A stretch of 64,000 bases of DNA from Mobula hypostoma. Lineage: Eukaryota. Under the pieces are notes generated by a model. The model did no database searches. It saw only the letters and a program-made list of their open reading frames with translations, and was not told the DNA's origin. A program made the position numbers and the translations under genes. Positions 26,085 through 36,700 of this stretch are shown one piece after another; positions within the stretch are counted from its first letter, which is position 1; each line of letters begins with the position of its first letter. The stretch is taken from contig NC_086108.1 in NCBI RefSeq assembly GCF_963921235.1, positions 94,118,001 through 94,182,000 of the forward strand. The letters run 5' to 3'.

Positions 26085-26800
26085 GACCTTAAGATATAGG
26101 AACAGAATTAGGCCATTTGGCCCATCGAGTCTGCTGTGCCATTTCATCATGGCTGATCTGTCTCTCTCTCTCAGCCCCAGTCTCCTATCTTCTCCCCGTA
26201 TGCCTTCATGCCCAAACTAATTAAGAATCTATCAATCTCTGCCTGAAATATACACAATGACTTGGTCTTCACAGCCACCGTGGCGAAGAATTCCACAGAT
26301 TCACCACTCTCTGGCTAAAGAAATTCCTCCTCATCCCCATACTAAATGGATGTCCCTCTATTTTGAGGCTGTGCCCTCTGGTCCTAGACTCCCTACCACG
26401 GGAAACATCCTTTCCACATCCACTCTGTTGAGGCCTTTCAACATTAGATAGGTTTCAATGAGATCCCCCCTCATTCTTCTGAATTCCAGGGGGTACAGGC
26501 CCAGAGCCATCAAATGGTAACCCTTTCATTTCCGGAATCATGAACCTCCCCTGGTGCCTCTCCAATCTCAGCACATACTTTCTTAGATAAGGGGCCCAAA
26601 ACAGCTCACTATACGCCAAGTGAGGCCTTACCAGTGCCTTATAAAGCCTCAATATTACATCCTTTATTTTATATTCTAGTCCTCTCAAAATGAATGCTAA
26701 CATTGCACCTGCTTTCCTCGCCACCAACTCAACCTGCAAGTTAACTTACAGGGAATCCTGCACGTGGACTCCCAACTCCTTTGCACCTTGGAGTTTTCAA
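26085..26800 (-). mobile_element. CR1-type LINE 3' fragment
   Basis: Minus-strand LRLYKALVRPHLAYSELFWAPYLRK and the CR1 tail. Confidence 0.85.
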
Positions 26801-27149
26801 TTTTCTCTCCATTTAAAAATCATCTCATCTAAACTAAGGACACAAGAGATTGTAGATGCTGGAATCTGGAGCAATAAACGTCTGTTGGAAGAATGTCCCA
26901 GGTTTGAACAGTATCTGGGGAGGGAAATGGATCGGATGTTTCAGGTTGAAACTCTGTATCAGTATCCCACAGATGCTTCTCGCTTCACTGAATTCCTTCA
27001 GCTGGTAGTTTGATATTCATCTATCTGTACTAATCACATTTACAAGAACCTTGTCTGGGAATGCAGGTGCTTGCATACTTCTGAAGTATGTGAGAGGACC
27101 CTCCTCCACCCATTCAGACAAGATGTTAAATTCCCAACCTCCTTTAGCT

Positions 27150-27462
27150 GACACCTCCAAGAGGACCACACCCTTGTCATTGGGTTTGGAGGCCTGCGTG
27201 CCTCAATGACCCAGAGAGCCATGTTGGCTGTATTCAGAGCCTTGTGCTTTGGCTCTTGGTAGAGTCACCCTTACCAAACAGGTCACAGGCTAGAGGCCAG
27301 ACTAAGAGTGCTCCACTGGTCCTCGATGTTCGGGGGTTCAGCTCAGGCTTAACAACCTTGGCCGGTCAAAAAAATGGTTACGGGAACAGCAATGAAGAAT
27401 CCTTCCATAGCTGTATGCAAGAGATGGAGCACCTTCATTGCTGCCCTAGAAGCCAGCAGCGT
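27150..27462 (+). mobile_element. Short element resembling an RTE (Rex3/Expander-type) 5' UTR
   Basis: The string gcgtgcctcaatgaccc...gagccatgttg...ggtagagtcaccc...caaacaggtc...ggccagactaagag resembles Rex3/Expander 5' ends as I recall them. Not verified by search. Confidence 0.45.
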
Positions 27463-27933
27463 AGATAGATAGATAGATGTACTTTATTGATCCCGAGGGA
27501 AATTGGGTTTTGTTACAGTTGCACCAACCAAGAATAGACTATAACTATAGCAATATAAAACCATAAATAGTTAAATAATAATATGTAAATTATGCCAGAT
27601 GGAATTAAGTCCAGGACCAGCCTATTGGCTCAGGGTGTCTGACCTTCCAGGGGAGGAGTTGTAAAGTTTGATGGCCACAGGCAGGAATGACTTCCTGTGA
27701 CGCTCTGTGTTGCATCTCAGTGGAGTGAGTCTCTGGCTGAATGTACTCCTGTGCCCAACCAGTACATTATGTAATGAATGGGAGACATTGTCCAAGATGG
27801 CATGCAACTTGGACAGCATCCTCTTTTCAGACACCGCCGTCAGAGAGTCCGGTTCCATCCCCACAACATCACTGGCCTTACGAATGAGTTTGTTGATTCT
27901 GTTGGTGTCTGCTACCCTCGACCTGCTGCCCCA
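27463..27933 (-). mobile_element. Second Rex1/Babar-type family, 3' fragment with a (GATA)n tail on the + strand
   Basis: Close match to 22660-23110. Confidence 0.85.
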
Positions 27934-28099
27934 GTAATGGTCAGTAAGTAAGTTATAGCTGAAAACATTCTCCTCAGATTCCTTCTAAACCTTCCTCCCC
28001 TTACTCTAAACGTAGCCCCTCTAGTTTCAGATACCCAAACTCTGGGGAACAATCTCTAGCTAACTAACCCAACTGGTGTCCCTGTTTAACATTATTGTC

Positions 28100-28720
28100 A
28101 TGTCCTGTGCAGATACAGAGAAAAGCTTGACTAGCATACTGTTTGTACAGTGCATTAAGGTAGAACAAGGTAAAACAATAACATTGCAGAATAAAGTGTA
28201 GCAGCTATAGGGAAAGTGCAGTGCAAGTAAACAATAAGAAGCAAGATCATAGATCTTAATGAGATAGATTGTGAGGTTAAGAGTCCATTTGTCATATTTA
28301 ATAGTCTTATAACAGCAGAAGCTGTCCTTGAGTTTGGCAGTCTGTGTTCTCAGGATTTTGAGGGGAGAAGAGAGGATTTCAAGGATGGATGGGATCTTTG
28401 CTTATGCTGTTTGCTATACTGAGGCCTTGACGTATAGTCAGACTTCAAGGACGGGAGGATGGTTTCCATGACATGCTGAGCTTCGTACATTGCTATCTGC
28501 AGTTTCTTGATGTCATGTGCAGATCAATTGCCATACCAAGCTGTGATACACCCAAACAGGATGTTCTGTATGGTGTATTGATCAGTCATTAAAGACTGAC
28601 AGGCACTTGCCCAGTTTCTTTAGCCTTCTGAGGAAGTAAAGACATTGGTGAGCTTTCTTGGCCGTGTTGTGTACATGGCTAGACCAGGACAAGCTCATAG
28701 TGACGGTCACTCCGAGATAC
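28100..28720 (-). mobile_element. Old Rex1/Babar-type LINE 3' fragment
   Basis: Degenerate ILFGCITAWYG remnant, with a tail shared with about 14060, 32680 and 62510. Confidence 0.6.
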
Positions 28721-29620
28721 TCAGTGGTCAGCATGGACAAGGTGGGTTAAAGAGCCACCTCGGTGACCTCTATGATTCTTCTAACCTTTCCTCTATAGTG
28801 CCACGCACCAGACTCCTGCTCTAAGGAAAACAAGCGCAGGTTTTCCAGTCTGTCCTACCACACGGGAAGAATATTGAAATCTGGGTGATTGGTTCCTCCC
28901 TCTGTGTCAAACCATCATCCAGCCTGTTCTATCACTCCGTTTGTGACATGCAGATATGCAAACACAAATTTTGGCTCAATTCCCTCACGGTCAATTAACC
29001 TGGGTTCTTGTTTGGAGGTGCTGCACCTGCTAATAATCTCAGCACAGACTGCACACTGACAAAGTGCTCTCTCTGGATATACAGATTGTTGGCTGGTGTA
29101 GACTGGGGGAAAATTGGCAGGTGGCCAGCTTGTGACAAATGCGAGGGATTGCTCTAGGGATAGCATACTGCCCTGTTTAGTAGGCTGTTGGACCTGCCAG
29201 TTGGGGGAATTTGCTGCTCACTTTGCTGCACCATCTATTGTGGGCCTTGCTTGGGAGCCACAGGAGGCCGATATTCAGAGTAGAAAATAGCTTCCCATCA
29301 TTGGTCATTTATCACGTCCATCTTGATTCCCTGCCCTTAATCTAGACTCTATGTCCAATATGTTTTCCCACCTCCGCACAACCAGCATTGGTCACTAGGC
29401 ATGTCCATCACGCTCTGCCTCCAGGCGGTCACTATTGATCATTTGGAATGTCAATAAATTCTGCCGCCAGAATCTCATTAACATTCACTCAACATCACTC
29501 GCTCTGTTATTTGGAACTCTCTTGGTATAATACTCAGACCAACATAAAAACAAATCAGTCAGCAAAGTTTTCCAAGAAATGTTTTTTGTGTAATGGCTTG
29601 GAAAGGTATAATATTTAGGG

Positions 29621-29754
29621 TCCTGATGAATTGTCTCAGCTTGAGACATTGACTTTTTATTCCCCATATAAATAGATGCTGCCTGGCCTGCTGAGTTCCT
29701 CCTGCATTTTGTGAGTTGCTCTGGATTTCCAGCATCTGTAGGATCTCTTGAGCT
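29621..29754 (+). mobile_element. Short Penelope-tail insertion beginning at a degenerate hammerhead
   Basis: Starts tcctgatgaa. Flanking near-perfect direct repeat taatattt(a/t)ggg at 29609-29620 and 29755-29766. Confidence 0.7.
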
Positions 29755-30456
29755 TAATATTTTGGGAACCCAGGTTTTACAAGCCTGTGGAGATCAACAC
29801 CACAACAATATTATTTTCTTCTTTGTCTGATCAACAGGGATGGCTTTCTTTTCTGTGGGGAAACCTGGGGCCTAGAATTTTTGGTGGAGTTGATGGTATA
29901 AAGAGTGGGCAAGAAGCTAATGCATAGCAAAGGTGTTGTTGGTGATTGTTGGGGGTGAGAAGATGTGGGAATCAGGGAGGGATTGTTGTTGATGCAGGCC
30001 ATTGGTGGTTTACAGAGTTAGCTAGTTCTATCTGAAGGAAACAATGCTGCTTTGACTGGACACAGACACTAGTGTAAAATGCACTCGTATACTTTTAGTT
30101 GGTGGGCCTCAAGAAAATGGAAACCTGGCTGATGGTAATAGAAACAAAAATGATGTAAAGAAGGTCTCCCATCCATTCCTGTTAAAGCTGGCTTGAGCTT
30201 GGATTTGAAATTTTTAACATTTTCACTTCCTGTCCATTTTTCCCTGTGGCCGCGCTTCCTCGCATGTTCCGGAGACATATGGGTTAGTTGGTTACTTCGT
30301 CTCATGGGTGTAATTGGGCAGCACTGGCTCATTGGACTAGAAGGGCCTGTTACCGTGTTTTATCTCTTAAAATAATGAATCTATGGCATAGGTTTGTCTG
30401 AATGCCAAGTGATTTTTCTCCAAGGGGACTTACAACAGAGAACAGGGGAAATCAGG

Positions 30457-30617
30457 GTCAGACACCCTGAGCCAACAGGCTGGTTCTGGACTTATTTCCT
30501 GGCATAATTTACATATTACTATTTAACTATTTATGGTTTTATTACTATTTTTTATTTATGGTGTAACTGTAACGAAAACCAATTTCCCCCGGGATCAATA
30601 AAGTATGACTATGACTA
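30457..30617 (+). mobile_element. Very short 3' end of the second Rex1/Babar-type family
   Basis: Reverse complement of 22640-22825; ends gatcaataaagtatgactatgact. Confidence 0.75.
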
Positions 30618-30744
30618 TTCTTGAAGATCAGGAGAGCCACTAGAATTGTCCTCTCAGTAACATTCCATCCATGATAGATGTTAATATGGGCCAATAGAGA
30701 GAGACATTGGAGGCCAAACTAACCCACCCCTCATTTATCTCAGA

Positions 30745-31250
30745 AAGGAGGTGTTAGCATTGGAGAGGGTCCAGAAAAGGTTAACAAGAATGATCCCAGG
30801 AACAAAAGGGTTAACTTATGAGGAGCCTTTGATGCCTCAGGGCATGTACTCACTGGAATTTAGAATAATTAAGGAGGGATATCATTGAAACCTATCAGAA
30901 ATTGAAAGCTCTAGATAGAGTGGACCTGGAGAGGATGCTTCCTATAGTCAGGGAGTCTAAAACCAGAGGGCAGAGCCTCAGAATACAAGGGCATTCCTTT
31001 AGAACAGAGATTAGGAGGAATTTCTTTAGCCAGAGGGTGATGAATCTGTGGAATTCATTGTCACAGAAGGCTCTGGAGGTCAAGTCGTTGGGTATATTTA
31101 AAGGGGAGGTTGATAGGTTCCTGATTAGTAAGGGTGTCAAAGGTTACGGAGAGAAAGATAATAAATCAGCCGTGATTGAATGGCAGAACAGTCTCGATGG
31201 GCCAAATGGTCTAATTCTGCTCTTATGTCTTGTGGTCTTCTGTCTTATGG
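30745..31250 (+). mobile_element. CR1-type LINE 3' fragment
   Basis: KTRGQSLRIQG...RRNFFSQRVMNLWNSL. Confidence 0.85.
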
Positions 31251-31596
31251 TAGAGAATGAAGGATTGAAGGGTTAAGGACATTCTTATCCTCAGAAGAGT
31301 ACCTGCATTAGTTGAAGTGTAATCACAACTTTGGTCAAACCCTTAAGACCAAGGTTAATAGATCTGATTGCAACAAACTCATTACATTTATACCTGACTT
31401 TCCTAGAGCCTTATTTGACTTTGTGTCAAAGTGTCAGACATCCTTGTACCAAGAATGCAGAACAAACTTGTAGATTATCGCTGTAAGCCATCACTAATAG
31501 GTTTGAATTATCATAAAGACTTAAAAGCAGCTTTTGCGCAATGATTAACCAGGTGCCTGAATTGCTCATGGTGTCTGTTTGTCTTTCTAACTGCAG

Positions 31597-31921
31597 AGCT
31601 GAAGATGATGGCAGCAGGGAAGTTCGCGAGTTTACCTCGCAAGACCCATGGTGATCGCAAGTACTCCCTCACATCCTCCATGGAGGCGCTAGATGTCGAG
31701 GGCACCCTCTCCAGCCGGCATTCCAGTTTGTTCCAGAGCGTCTCCATCCATGGCACGCTCCCGAGAAAGAATAGCAGGAAGCTATCTTTTCCAACTTATG
31801 GCACAAATGGACCCGTGGAAACTTCGCCCCTAAGCTTGCCATCTCGGTTGCACAAAGCATCTTGGTTATGTGATGTCATTGAAGAGCATCCCTCGCAAGA
31901 GGCCAAGGAAGGCCTTTCTGG
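31597..31921 (+). CDS. BCAR3: Coding exon of a BCAR3-like (NSP family: BCAR3/SH2D3A/SH2D3C) adaptor, N-terminal region
   Basis: Acceptor tctttctaactgcag|AG and donor GG|gtaact. Encodes ELKMMAAGKFASLPRK...SSM...VSIHGTLPRK, which I recognise from the BCAR3 N-terminus (MAAGKFASLPR...SSM...VSIHGTLPRK). The exact paralogue is not resolved. Confidence 0.85.
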
Positions 31922-33148
31922 GTAACTGATTACATTACTACGAAGTCATTGCACTGAGGATGATGGGGAATAGCCCAGCCGGGCTATAATGTTGTTTGTC
32001 ATGTTTAATTTGTTCGAGTTAGAAGTATTGTACACTATTATACATTTACCTACTAAATACTGAAAGGTCTGGATGGGGTGGGGTGCACATTGAAGATGTC
32101 TTCATTAGCAAGGAAGTCTAAGATCTGTGGGCACAGCCTCAGAATAGATGGGTATCTCTTTCGGACTAAGATGAGGAGGAATTTCTTCAGCTTTCACCCT
32201 AAGACGATGTTGAATTTGTGGAATTTATTGCCACAGAACAGTATTTAAACAGATTATAAACACCAGAGATTCTGTGGATGCTGAAAATTTTGAGCAAAAC
32301 ACACAAAATTCTGGAGAAACTCAGCAAGATAGCGGTTTTCTTGACTGATAAGGGAGTTAAGGGCTTCGGGGCAAAGGCAGGAAAATGGGATTGAGAGAAA
32401 AATATCAGGCATGGTTGATTGCTGGAGCAGAATCAATGGGCCAGGTGGCCTCATCCTGCTACTAACTTGTGGTCTACTCCTTAAACAAATTGTGGCCACC
32501 ATCCTGGGGCACATGCTGAAGGTATTTTCAGGAAGAGCAGTGGGACACGGAAGGCGATGCCACTCATTAACATGGTTGTTACCTTCAGGAATAACCAGGC
32601 CAGCTTATTGGTCAGTTTGAGCCATTGCTCGCACTGCATCCAGGTTACCTCTTGAACTCCTCCTTTTGGAATCGGAATTGGTTAAGTGTAGTGATATACT
32701 GAGAAAAGCTTGTCTTGCATGCTGTTAATACAGATCAATTCATTGCAGAGTGCATTGAGGCAGTGCAAACAATAACAGAATGGAGACTGATGTGTAACAT
32801 CTACAGAGAGTGCAGTGAAGAGGGTGCAAGGTCATAATGAAGTCCAGAGTCAATCTTAACATATCAGGGAACCATTGAATAATCTACTGATTGGGGGGAT
32901 AGAAGCTGTCTTTGAGCCTGATGGTACACAGTTTGAGGCTTTTGTATCTTCAGCCCAATGGAAGTGGAAAGGAGAGATTGCCTAGGGTGAGTGGGGTCTT
33001 TGATTATGCAGGCAGTGAGAAATACTATCAGAGTCCATGGCGTGGATGCTGGTTGCCGAGATGTGCTGAAGAGAAGAACAATTGCAATGCCAAGCCATGA
33101 TCCATCCAGAGTGAATGCTTTCCATGGTGCAGCAATAAAAATTGGTGA

Positions 33149-33249
33149 GCAACACACATCAAAGTTGCTGGTGAACGCAGCAGGCCAGGCAGCATCTATA
33201 GGAAGAGGTGCAGTCGACGTTTCAGGCCGAGACCCTTCGTCAGGACTGA
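33149..33249 (-). mobile_element. ~100-bp Penelope-tail insertion consisting of hammerhead motif plus tail
   Basis: TSD aaaaattggtga at 33137-33148 and 33250-33261. Confidence 0.8.
33211..33248 (-). ncRNA. Minimal type I hammerhead ribozyme motif, best-preserved copy
   Basis: Reverse complement cagtc-CTGACGA-a-gggtctcggcct-GAAA-cg-TC-gactg: perfect 5-bp stem I, GUC cleavage triplet, and ACGT palindrome at stem III. Confidence 0.72.
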
Positions 33250-33776
33250 AAAAATTGGTGACGGTTGATTAGGACATGCCAAATTTCTTTAGCCTCCTGA
33301 GGAAGTAGAGGCACTAGTGAGCTTTCTTGGCTGTGGCATCTGTGTGGTTTCCAGTCTGCCATTGAAGAGAATTGTTTCAAAAGACTTGGGGTGAACAGTA
33401 TTGGGTCCTGCATTCGAGTGCTTGCTTGAGTAAGTTGCGTTGTACGTTGTACAGTTTGTGTTAGTGCTGGCCTTTAGTAAGCACTCACCAAGCATTGGCA
33501 TTAGTCTTGACCTGTAGTATTATTACACAGGATCACCATCCAATGAACTGTGCTGTGACCTGCCTATGCGGTCACTCGAAGGTAGATTCGGACCTTCCTG
33601 TGACATCTTCCCTCAGACCCCGGTGACTCAATAACTCAGCCTAGTTTACCCCAAGGTGAGTTCAAGAGCCACAGGGTAATGTTGCAGCTCTGTAAATACC
33701 TGGTTACACCACACTTGGGCTATTGTGTTCAGTTCTGGTCGCCTCATTATAGGAAGGACGTGGAAGCTTTAGGGAA

Positions 33777-36700
33777 GGTGCAGATGAGAATTACCGGTAT
33801 GCAGCCTGGATTGGAGAGTTTGTCTTATGAGAACAGGTCACTGAGCAAGCCAGAGCTTTTCTCGTTGGAGTAAAGGGGGATGAGAGGCAATTTCATAGAG
33901 GCATTGATAGAGTGGACAGCCAGCACCTTTTTCCCCAGGACAGAAATGGCTAATACAAGAGAGCATAATTTCAAGGTGATTGGAGGAGAGTGTAAGAGGG
34001 GATGTCAGAGGCAGGTTTTTTATACAGAGAGTGATGGGTCTTCATCATTTAATTCTGAATGCACAGTAATAGGCTGTTTTATTTGCTTTGTATTTGGAGT
34101 ATTGTGTACAAGTTCTGGTTACCACACTACGGAAACGATGTGGTAGTTATACCGTGAGTGCAGAAGAGATTCACCTGAAAGTTGCCTGGAATAGAGGGCA
34201 GCAGTTATGAAGAGGGTTCAGATTGGCTGGGTTTATTCTCACTGGCTGAGGGTCACCAGAGGGTGATTATGAGGGGCAGAGGAAAGATAGGTAATCATTT
34301 CTTTTGCCTCAGGGCAGGTAAGTCTTCAACTAATTAACACAGATTTAGATGAGAGGAGAGAAATTTAAAGGGCAAACACAAGATTCTGCGGATGCTGGAA
34401 ATCCTGAGCAACACACACAAAATGCAAGAGGAACTCAGCAGGTCAGGCAGCATCTATGGAGGGGAGTAAACAGTCAAGACCCTTTATTAGTCCTGATAAA
34501 GGTCTGTTTATTCCTCTTCATAGAGATTCTATGCTGTAATATATCAATGAATAAACCTAGGTTAAGGTGGAAATAAATTTAAAAGTAACTGCAAAGACTA
34601 GAAATTTGAATCAAATCTAGAAAATGCTTATTAGCAAGTGTGGAGAGAGAAACATAATTAATATTACAGTTTATCAGAATTGGGAAAGAGAGAAGTTTAG
34701 TCTCACATTGAGGAAGAGTGCTTGGTGTGGGGGTGAAAGCAGTGGAGGTAGAAAGGAAGAAGGTAACGTGCCTGATAGGGTAAGGCCAGGGTTGCCATGA
34801 GTATAAAATAATCTGGTTAATGACAGCAGTTAGGGATAATCTGGACCAAGTGTTGTGAAATGCAGGGCTGCGGGAGATGTCTGACCATACTAATGAAGGG
34901 AGTAAAACAGCCAATATCACCCATGGGTGACGTATCCAGTGCAGATGGACAGTTTTAATACAGAGTAAACAGGCCATTGAATTCAGTATTGAACCTGGAA
35001 GTCTGCAAAAGTGCCGAGATGGAAGATGAGATATTCTTCCTAAAGCTTGTGTTGGGCTGCGTTGTAACAGGGCAGGAGAACGCAGACGGAGAGATCAGAA
35101 CGGGAATGAGAAGGGGGAATTAACTAGTGGCTGAGGGTCACTCCTGCAGATCTACAAAGTAATCATCCAATCTGCACGGTAGAGAAGGCCACATTGTGAA
35201 CGCTGTGACTGGAAGAAATGTGTGTGATTCACGGCTTCACCTGACACATGTTGACATGGAATGGCTTGTTTACGAGTGTTCACACTTATCTTTACCAGTG
35301 GCAGGTTCTTGCAGGTTTGACTGTAAGGCTGAAAACATTGCTTATTCAGCAACCTACTTGGAAAATCTCACTCTCAAGGACTTTACAACTCATGTTCTCG
35401 ATATTTTTTACTTTTTATTTATTATTATTATTATTATTTTTTGATATTTGCACAATTTGTTGTCTTTTGCACATTGGTTGTTTGTCTATATTTGTTTGCA
35501 GTTTTTCATTGATTCTATTGTTACTTACTGCGAATGGCCCATAGGGAAATGAATCTCAGGGCTGCATATGGTAACATAACTGTACTTTAATACTAAATTT
35601 ACTTTGAACTTTTAAAAGAAGTCAGAAGCAAACTTAGATGTTGTAAGTCTAATTAATTTTATTGGCTGTAGTTGATACAGCACATAATCTTCCGTTGTAA
35701 CTTTCCATTCTCGCTCTGTCCCTTTTCACCCTGGCCATCCACTCTGCCACTCTCATCTTTCGTTTCCGTGCCTCGATCTTCCCGGTTAACTTGCCCAGTT
35801 AAAGATAAGGTATCAGTCTTGGCTCAGCCGTATCTCGCTCAATTCTGGTTCAGGAGATCTGTTGCAACTGCTCTTTACCATTCTCTCTGGCGGAAGGTTA
35901 TATGGGGAGGGGAAATGAGGAGACATTGCTCAGGTGGGAATAAGGCCTAGTGCTGCTGAACTGCTTGCCGAAGAGCACAGGTTACTAGGCAACCTCAAAC
36001 ATGGACGTCCTTGAGCTAGTCAATAGACGGAGGTTAATACAGAACATATGAGTTAGCATTTAAAGGCCAAAGTAAATGCGAAATACATTTGCTCCATGTT
36101 CATGTGATACACAGCACTGATTTATTTATTTATTGAGATACAGTGAGCCCTGATTTAATCTATCCCTAATCACGGGACAATCTAGAATGATCAATTAACC
36201 TTCCAACCAGTACGTCTTTGGAAAGCCCACACGGCCATGGGGAGAATGTACAAACTCCTTTCAGTAATGTGTGCTGTGAAAATTAAATTAACCAAATTAT
36301 ACTTAATGAACTCTAAATAGATTGTGCACACTCTAAATGCTGGAGGAGCTCTGCAGGTCAGGTAGCATCTATGGAGAAAAATAAACAGTCAACGTTTTGG
36401 GCTGAGGCTCTTCATCAGTCCGAATGAAGGGTCTTGTCCTGAAGCGTTGACTGTTTATTCCTCTCCATAGACGCTGCCTGACCTGCTGAGGTCCTCCAGC
36501 ATTTTGTGTGTGTTGTTCAAGATTTCCAGCATCTGCAGAATAGAGTCTCTTGTGTTCTCTATAGAGGTGCTATTGCTTTTTCAATGTTTTCAGTAGGTTG
36601 TGTGAAACTGTCCTGTTGTGAGGGAGATTTCTTGATGCCAAGATGAAATATTTAGCTTGATGAGCAATTGGTGCAGATGTTATCATGGATGAGGAATGCT

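Larger units (their letters stand above)
32680..33345 (-). mobile_element. Old Rex1/Babar-type fragment interrupted by a Penelope-tail insertion
   Basis: IIKDPTHP remnant. The sequence resumes after the insertion at 33149-33249. Confidence 0.6.
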
